This document shows positions 59,759-64,000 of a stretch of DNA of 64,000 nucleotides, piece by piece. The stretch is from contig CAZJZG010000008.1 of NCBI GenBank assembly GCA_964550455.1, positions 12,486 to 76,485 on the forward strand, written 5' to 3'. This stretch comes from an uncultured Bacteroidales bacterium. GTDB lineage: Bacteria > Bacteroidota > Bacteroidia > Bacteroidales > JAAYJT01. The notes under the pieces are model-generated. The model was given only the letters and a program-made list of their open reading frames with translations. It searched no databases and had not been told where the DNA came from. The translations under genes and the position numbers were made by a program. The stretch's first letter is position 1. Each line of letters begins with the position of its first letter.

Positions 59759-60661
59759 TTAAAAACCTGAATCAGACTGAATAATCAGGTTTGTTACAGC
59801 TATTACATCAAGCAGATTAATGATGCCGTCACCATTTAAATCTGCATTTTCAAAACAGAATAGTTCCGGCTCGAATCCAAGTATTTTGTTCACAATTGTT
59901 ATTACATCGAAAATATTGATCAAACCATCGCAATTAGCATCACCTGGTAATACCGGAGAAGGAAAACTTACTTTTACTGCTCCCCATCCGCGGAAAGCCG
60001 GAGCCCACCATTGCTGAACTACCTGCCCCTGCTGATCGAATTTGTATATTTTCCCCAATTGATTTTCAACAGATTCTGCTGTCCAGAAATTTTCACCATC
60101 ATACCAAAGCCCCCGACAATCAGCACTGGGAGGAAAAAACTGATTCCCGGGAATCTCAACCAGATTAGGCCATCCCGAGAAATCATAGCATCTCACAAGA
60201 TTCTCATTACCTATCATCCAGTAATAACCATCCTTAAAAGTAGCCCCATAAACTGAATGAGCAAAAGACGCAGAACCATAACTATTGCCACTGATATCAT
60301 AACGATTCATTGACCACTCTTTCACATAGAAATACGTGCCGTCCCAGGCAAGCCCATAAAAATAATACAACGAGAAATCATGCATTATTAGAGTCAGGTC
60401 GCCGGTGAAAATATCCACCTTATAAATTCCGGGCATAAATGCTTCAGCAACATAAACTTCGTTATCAATTACAGTCATATCCATCCAGCGATAATTCATA
60501 TATTCATGATAAGTATGTACTGAACCATCCATATTAAGCACATAAATCCGTGAAAGAAAATCCTGTGAAGCTGTAAATACAATGTATTCCTGCTTTTGAG
60601 CAAACACACTACCCCAAAAGACTATTACGAAACAAGCAAAAAGTAAAGATCTCTTTTTCAT
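59759..60661 (-). CDS. Secreted beta-propeller-like protein with C-terminal type I dockerin
   Basis: Signal peptide, GLAWDG/GLWYDG repeats, then GDANCDGLINIFD...ADLNGDGIINLLD. Confidence 0.75.
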   Translation of the reverse strand: MKKRSLLFACFVIVFWGSVFAQKQEYIVFTASQDFLSRIYVLNMDGSVHTYHEYMNYRWMDMTVIDNEVYVAEAFMPGIYKVDIFTGDLTLIMHDFSLYYFYGLAWDGTYFYVKEWSMNRYDISGNSYGSASFAHSVYGATFKDGYYWMIGNENLVRCYDFSGWPNLVEIPGNQFFPPSADCRGLWYDGENFWTAESVENQLGKIYKFDQQGQVVQQWWAPAFRGWGAVKVSFPSPVLPGDANCDGLINIFDVITIVNKILGFEPELFCFENADLNGDGIINLLDVIAVTNLIIQSDSGF

Positions 60662-60817
60662 AACAGTTGTTTATTTTAAAGTTCACTTTCAATATTTTTT
60701 TTAAAAAAACGACATACAAAATTATAATTCTGACCCGATAAAAGCATCCCCCAAATATTATTCTATCTCTTTTTATATAGAGAAGCAGACATCAGGCTCA
60801 GAATTCTATTAAAAAAC

Positions 60818-60825
60818 TAACTTTG
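60818..60825 (+). promoter_or_regulatory. -7 element (TAACTTTG) of hisS
   Basis: TAnnTTTG match 27 bp upstream of the start. Confidence 0.55.
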
Positions 60826-60851
60826 CACACTCTTAACAAATTATATTATAA

Positions 60852-62216
60852 ATGTCGCTAAAACCCTCAATTCCAAAAGGCACCCGTGATTTTTTGCCTC
60901 TCGAAACAATCAGGCGCAATTATATTTTTGAAACCATACGTGATGTCTTCAGTTTGTTTGGTTATCAACCTATTGAAACACCGGCAATGGAAAACCTTAC
61001 TACTTTACTGGGAAAATACGGTGAAGAGGGCGATAAATTATTATTTCGAATTTTAAATTCAGGTGATTACCTGTCTGGCGTCAGCGATGAGCTGCTGGCT
61101 GAACGCAATATTGCCACACTAAGTTCCAGAATATGTGAAAAAGGACTGCGTTATGACCTTACTGTACCATTTGCACGTTTTGTTGTTCAGCACCGCAACG
61201 ATATAACATTTCCGTTCAAACGATATCAGATACAACCTGTATGGCGTGCCGACCGCCCTCAGAAAGGGCGTTATCGTGAATTCTTTCAATGTGATGCCGA
61301 CGTTATTGGCAGCAATTCCTTATTGAACGAAGTTGAGTTGATACAAATAATTGATCTGGTTTTTACAAAATTGGGGTTGAAAGTAGAAATACAGGTGAAC
61401 AATCGTAAAATACTGGCAGGCATTGCACAGGTATTAGGTATTGGCGATAAGCTTATTCCGTTTACGGTAGCAATTGATAAACTTGATAAAATCGGTACTG
61501 AGGGTGTGCTTGAAGAATTAAAAAGTCTGGGAATAGATTCTGATGCACTGAAAATGATCTTATCAGTACTGAAAATGAAAGGTGAAACCACAGCTTTGTT
61601 AGGTTCGCTAAAGCAAATCGTAAGCACTTCAGACCAGGGATTAAAAGGTATTGAAGAACTGGAAATGATATTCACGCACCTTAAAAGCCTTGATTTAAAT
61701 TCTGAAGTTATAGTTGGTCCTTCACTTGCACGTGGTTTGAATTACTACACCGGAGCTATTATTGAAGTTAAAGCTGCTGATATAAAAATTGGTAGCGTAT
61801 GCGGTGGAGGGCGTTACGACGACCTGACCGGTATTTTTGGTTTGCCAGGAATTTCGGGAGTTGGAATATCTTTTGGAGCTGAACGTATTTATGATGTGCT
61901 TGATGAACTGAATTTATTTCCAGACAACCTTGCCGGCTCGGCAAAAATCATGTTTGTGAATTTTGGAGGGAAAAGTATTGAAGAAAGTATTAAATATTCA
62001 GATGAACTCAGAAAAAAAGGAGTGGCATCAATACTCTATCCTGACGAGGCAAGGCTTAAAAAACAATTTGCTTATGCCGATTCACTGAACATTCCTTATG
62101 TTGCAATTATAGGAGATGAAGAAATAGAAAACAAAGTAATTAATATTAAAAATATGAAAACCGGAGAACAGGCAACTTTTAAAAATATTGATTTGTTTTT
62201 GCAAAATCCGGTTTAG
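60852..62216 (+). CDS. hisS: Histidyl-tRNA synthetase
   Basis: PKGTRD, LRYDLTVP, WRADRPQKGRYREFFQCD, ARGLNYYTG, GGGRYD and GAER motifs. Confidence 0.97.
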   Translation: MSLKPSIPKGTRDFLPLETIRRNYIFETIRDVFSLFGYQPIETPAMENLTTLLGKYGEEGDKLLFRILNSGDYLSGVSDELLAERNIATLSSRICEKGLRYDLTVPFARFVVQHRNDITFPFKRYQIQPVWRADRPQKGRYREFFQCDADVIGSNSLLNEVELIQIIDLVFTKLGLKVEIQVNNRKILAGIAQVLGIGDKLIPFTVAIDKLDKIGTEGVLEELKSLGIDSDALKMILSVLKMKGETTALLGSLKQIVSTSDQGLKGIEELEMIFTHLKSLDLNSEVIVGPSLARGLNYYTGAIIEVKAADIKIGSVCGGGRYDDLTGIFGLPGISGVGISFGAERIYDVLDELNLFPDNLAGSAKIMFVNFGGKSIEESIKYSDELRKKGVASILYPDEARLKKQFAYADSLNIPYVAIIGDEEIENKVINIKNMKTGEQATFKNIDLFLQNPV

Positions 62217-62256
62217 AAAATCCCAATATTGAATCTTAAATAGTAAAGAATTGAAA

Positions 62257-63783
62257 ATGAATAATATACATTACATCAATAATGACCTGCTGGATTTTGA
62301 AAGGATTGAAGAAATTTTAAAAAACAACTTCCATCTTGCGCTTGCTCCCTCAGCTAAAAACAGTATTGTAAAATGCCGGGAATATCTTGATAACAAGATA
62401 GAAAACTCTGATGATCCTATTTATGGTGTAAATACCGGATTTGGTGCATTATATAATGTTAAGATATCCAATGAAGATCTTTCAAAGCTTCAGGAAAATC
62501 TTGTAAAATCTCATGCTTGCGGAACAGGGAATGAAATACCCCGTGAAATTGCCAGATTAATGCTTCTGCTTAAAGTTCAGTCACTCTCATACGGTCATAG
62601 TGCTGTACAATTGGCAACAGTGAAACGTTTGATTGATTTTTTCAACAATGATGTAATTCCTGTAGTTTATGAATACGGCTCTTTGGGAGCTTCCGGCGAT
62701 CTTGCCCCACTGGCACATCTTTCACTTCCATTGCTGGGATTGGGAGAAGTATGGTATGAAGGCAGGAAGCAACCTGCAGGGAACATCATGAAAGAATTTG
62801 GATGGGAGCCTATAAATCTAAAATCAAAAGAAGGTTTAGCTTTATTGAATGGTACCCAATTCATGAGTGCCTACGGTGTACATTGCTGTTTGATGATCTT
62901 CCGTCTTTCCCGTCTGGCAGATATTATAGCCTCCATTTCACTTGATGCTTTTGATGGTAGAATTGAACCTTTTCATGAACTGATACAGCAAATACGCCCT
63001 CACAAGGGTCAGATAAAAACAGCCCGCCGCATTCGTTCGCTCCTTGAAGGTAGTGAAATGATATCACGTCATAAAGTTCATATTCAGGATCCTTATTCAT
63101 TTCGCTGTATCCCTCAGGTACATGGTGCAAGCAAGGATTCAATAAATTATGTTTCTTATGTGTTCAGAAAAGAAATTAATTCGGTAACTGATAATCCTAC
63201 TGTTTTCCCTGATGAAGACTTAATTATCTCAGCCGGTAATTTTCATGGACAGCCATTAGCACTGGCTTTGGATAATTTAAGTATTGCCGCTGCCGAGCTG
63301 GGAAGTATTGCCGAGCGCCGTACCTATCAGTTGCTGGCAGGTAAACGTGGGCTTCCTCATTTTCTGGTAGTAAACCCAGGTCTTAATTCCGGATTTATGA
63401 TTCCACAGTATACTGCAGCCTCCCTTGTCAGCAGGAACAAACAGCTTTGTACACCGGCTTCAGTTGATACGATTGAATCATCGCAAGGTCAGGAAGATCA
63501 TGTAAGTATGGGTGCCAATGCAGCTACAAAAACATTTATGGTGCTCGAAAATCTGAAACGGATTCTTGCAATTGAATTATATAATGCTGCTCAGGCTATG
63601 GACTTCCGAAGACCATTAAAAACTTCTCCGGTATTAGAAGAATTCCTTGCTGAATACAGAACCAGGGTAAATTTCGTACAGGACGATATCATTATGCATA
63701 ACGATATCAAGAAAACAATTGAGTTTCTTGATGAAGTGAATATTGAATTACCGGGTGAGGATGTAACAAATTATCAGTTGTAA
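62257..63783 (+). CDS. hutH: Histidine ammonia-lyase
   Basis: YGVNTGFG, MIO-forming GASGDLAPLAH, KEGLALLNGT, QDPYSFRC, NFHG and QEDHVSMG motifs. Confidence 0.97.
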   Translation: MNNIHYINNDLLDFERIEEILKNNFHLALAPSAKNSIVKCREYLDNKIENSDDPIYGVNTGFGALYNVKISNEDLSKLQENLVKSHACGTGNEIPREIARLMLLLKVQSLSYGHSAVQLATVKRLIDFFNNDVIPVVYEYGSLGASGDLAPLAHLSLPLLGLGEVWYEGRKQPAGNIMKEFGWEPINLKSKEGLALLNGTQFMSAYGVHCCLMIFRLSRLADIIASISLDAFDGRIEPFHELIQQIRPHKGQIKTARRIRSLLEGSEMISRHKVHIQDPYSFRCIPQVHGASKDSINYVSYVFRKEINSVTDNPTVFPDEDLIISAGNFHGQPLALALDNLSIAAAELGSIAERRTYQLLAGKRGLPHFLVVNPGLNSGFMIPQYTAASLVSRNKQLCTPASVDTIESSQGQEDHVSMGANAATKTFMVLENLKRILAIELYNAAQAMDFRRPLKTSPVLEEFLAEYRTRVNFVQDDIIMHNDIKKTIEFLDEVNIELPGEDVTNYQL

Positions 63784-63794
63784 CTACACCAAAA

Positions 63795-64000
63795 CTAAAC
63801 TTCTTTAATTTTCTGAAGATACTCACTTGGCGTCATTCCTGTAAGCTCTTTAAAATGAGAATTAAAAGAAGATTTTGAATTATATCCTACTATCCTGCTT
63901 ATACCTTCAATTGAATATAATTCAGTATTTTTTTCCTCTATTAATTTCTTAGCCTCATCTATTCTAAGTTCTCTGATATATTGCGAAAAGGTCTTGCCTG
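63795..64000 (-). CDS. AraC-family transcriptional regulator, C-terminal HTH (partial)
   Basis: Manual translation: GKTFSQYIRELRIDEAKKLI...SIEGISRIVGYNSKSSFNSHFKELTGMTPSEY; runs off window end. Confidence 0.9.
   Translation of the reverse strand, partial: GKTFSQYIRELRIDEAKKLIEEKNTELYSIEGISRIVGYNSKSSFNSHFKELTGMTPSEYLQKIKEV

Noticed and set aside
862-63142. Many 60-170 aa antisense or overlapping ORFs in the track (e.g. 1052-1576, 4410-4802, 21648-22274)
   Set aside because: They overlap well-supported genes in other frames or strands and show no recognisable motifs.

Overview
AT-rich chromosomal window from a Bacteroidota genome, probably an anaerobic Bacteroidales lineage. This is inferred from gene content, a T9SS C-terminal sorting domain and recurrent TAnnTTTG (-7) promoter motifs. 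Most of the window is housekeeping: a menaquinone cluster (menI, cupin, menF, menD, menB, menA), ansA, tatD, a ZIP and a POT transporter, a beta-oxidation/ETF operon, pheT, fbp, DAHP synthase-chorismate mutase, mltF, two Fe/Mn SODs, tRNA-Leu(CAA), prs-rplY-pth, yceD-rpmF-plsX-fabH, tolC-adaptor-tsaB, acpH, purF, hisS-hutH and a partial AraC gene. The most notable items are: (1) a 1158-bp IS200/Y1-HUH transposase cassette with a phased 68-70 bp bipartite hairpin (REP/BIME-like) array, flanked by an exact 98-bp duplication of the zupT 3' end, which Y1 transposases are not known to make; (2) a gene pair in which a T9SS substrate with only a ~27-residue passenger shares that module with the N-terminus of a CTD-less triple lamin-tail protein, suggesting piggyback secretion or anchoring; (3) a 1077-aa fusion of the usually separate HcnABC/proline-dehydrogenase-like subunits; (4) a trypanosomatid-type SCP2 thiolase in the beta-oxidation operon; (5) a SulA/CapB-like sulfonolipid acyltransferase coupled to an SDR threonine dehydrogenase; (6) two secreted proteins with Cys-containing C-terminal dockerins. 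All family assignments come from motif recognition and recalled sequences, not database searches.
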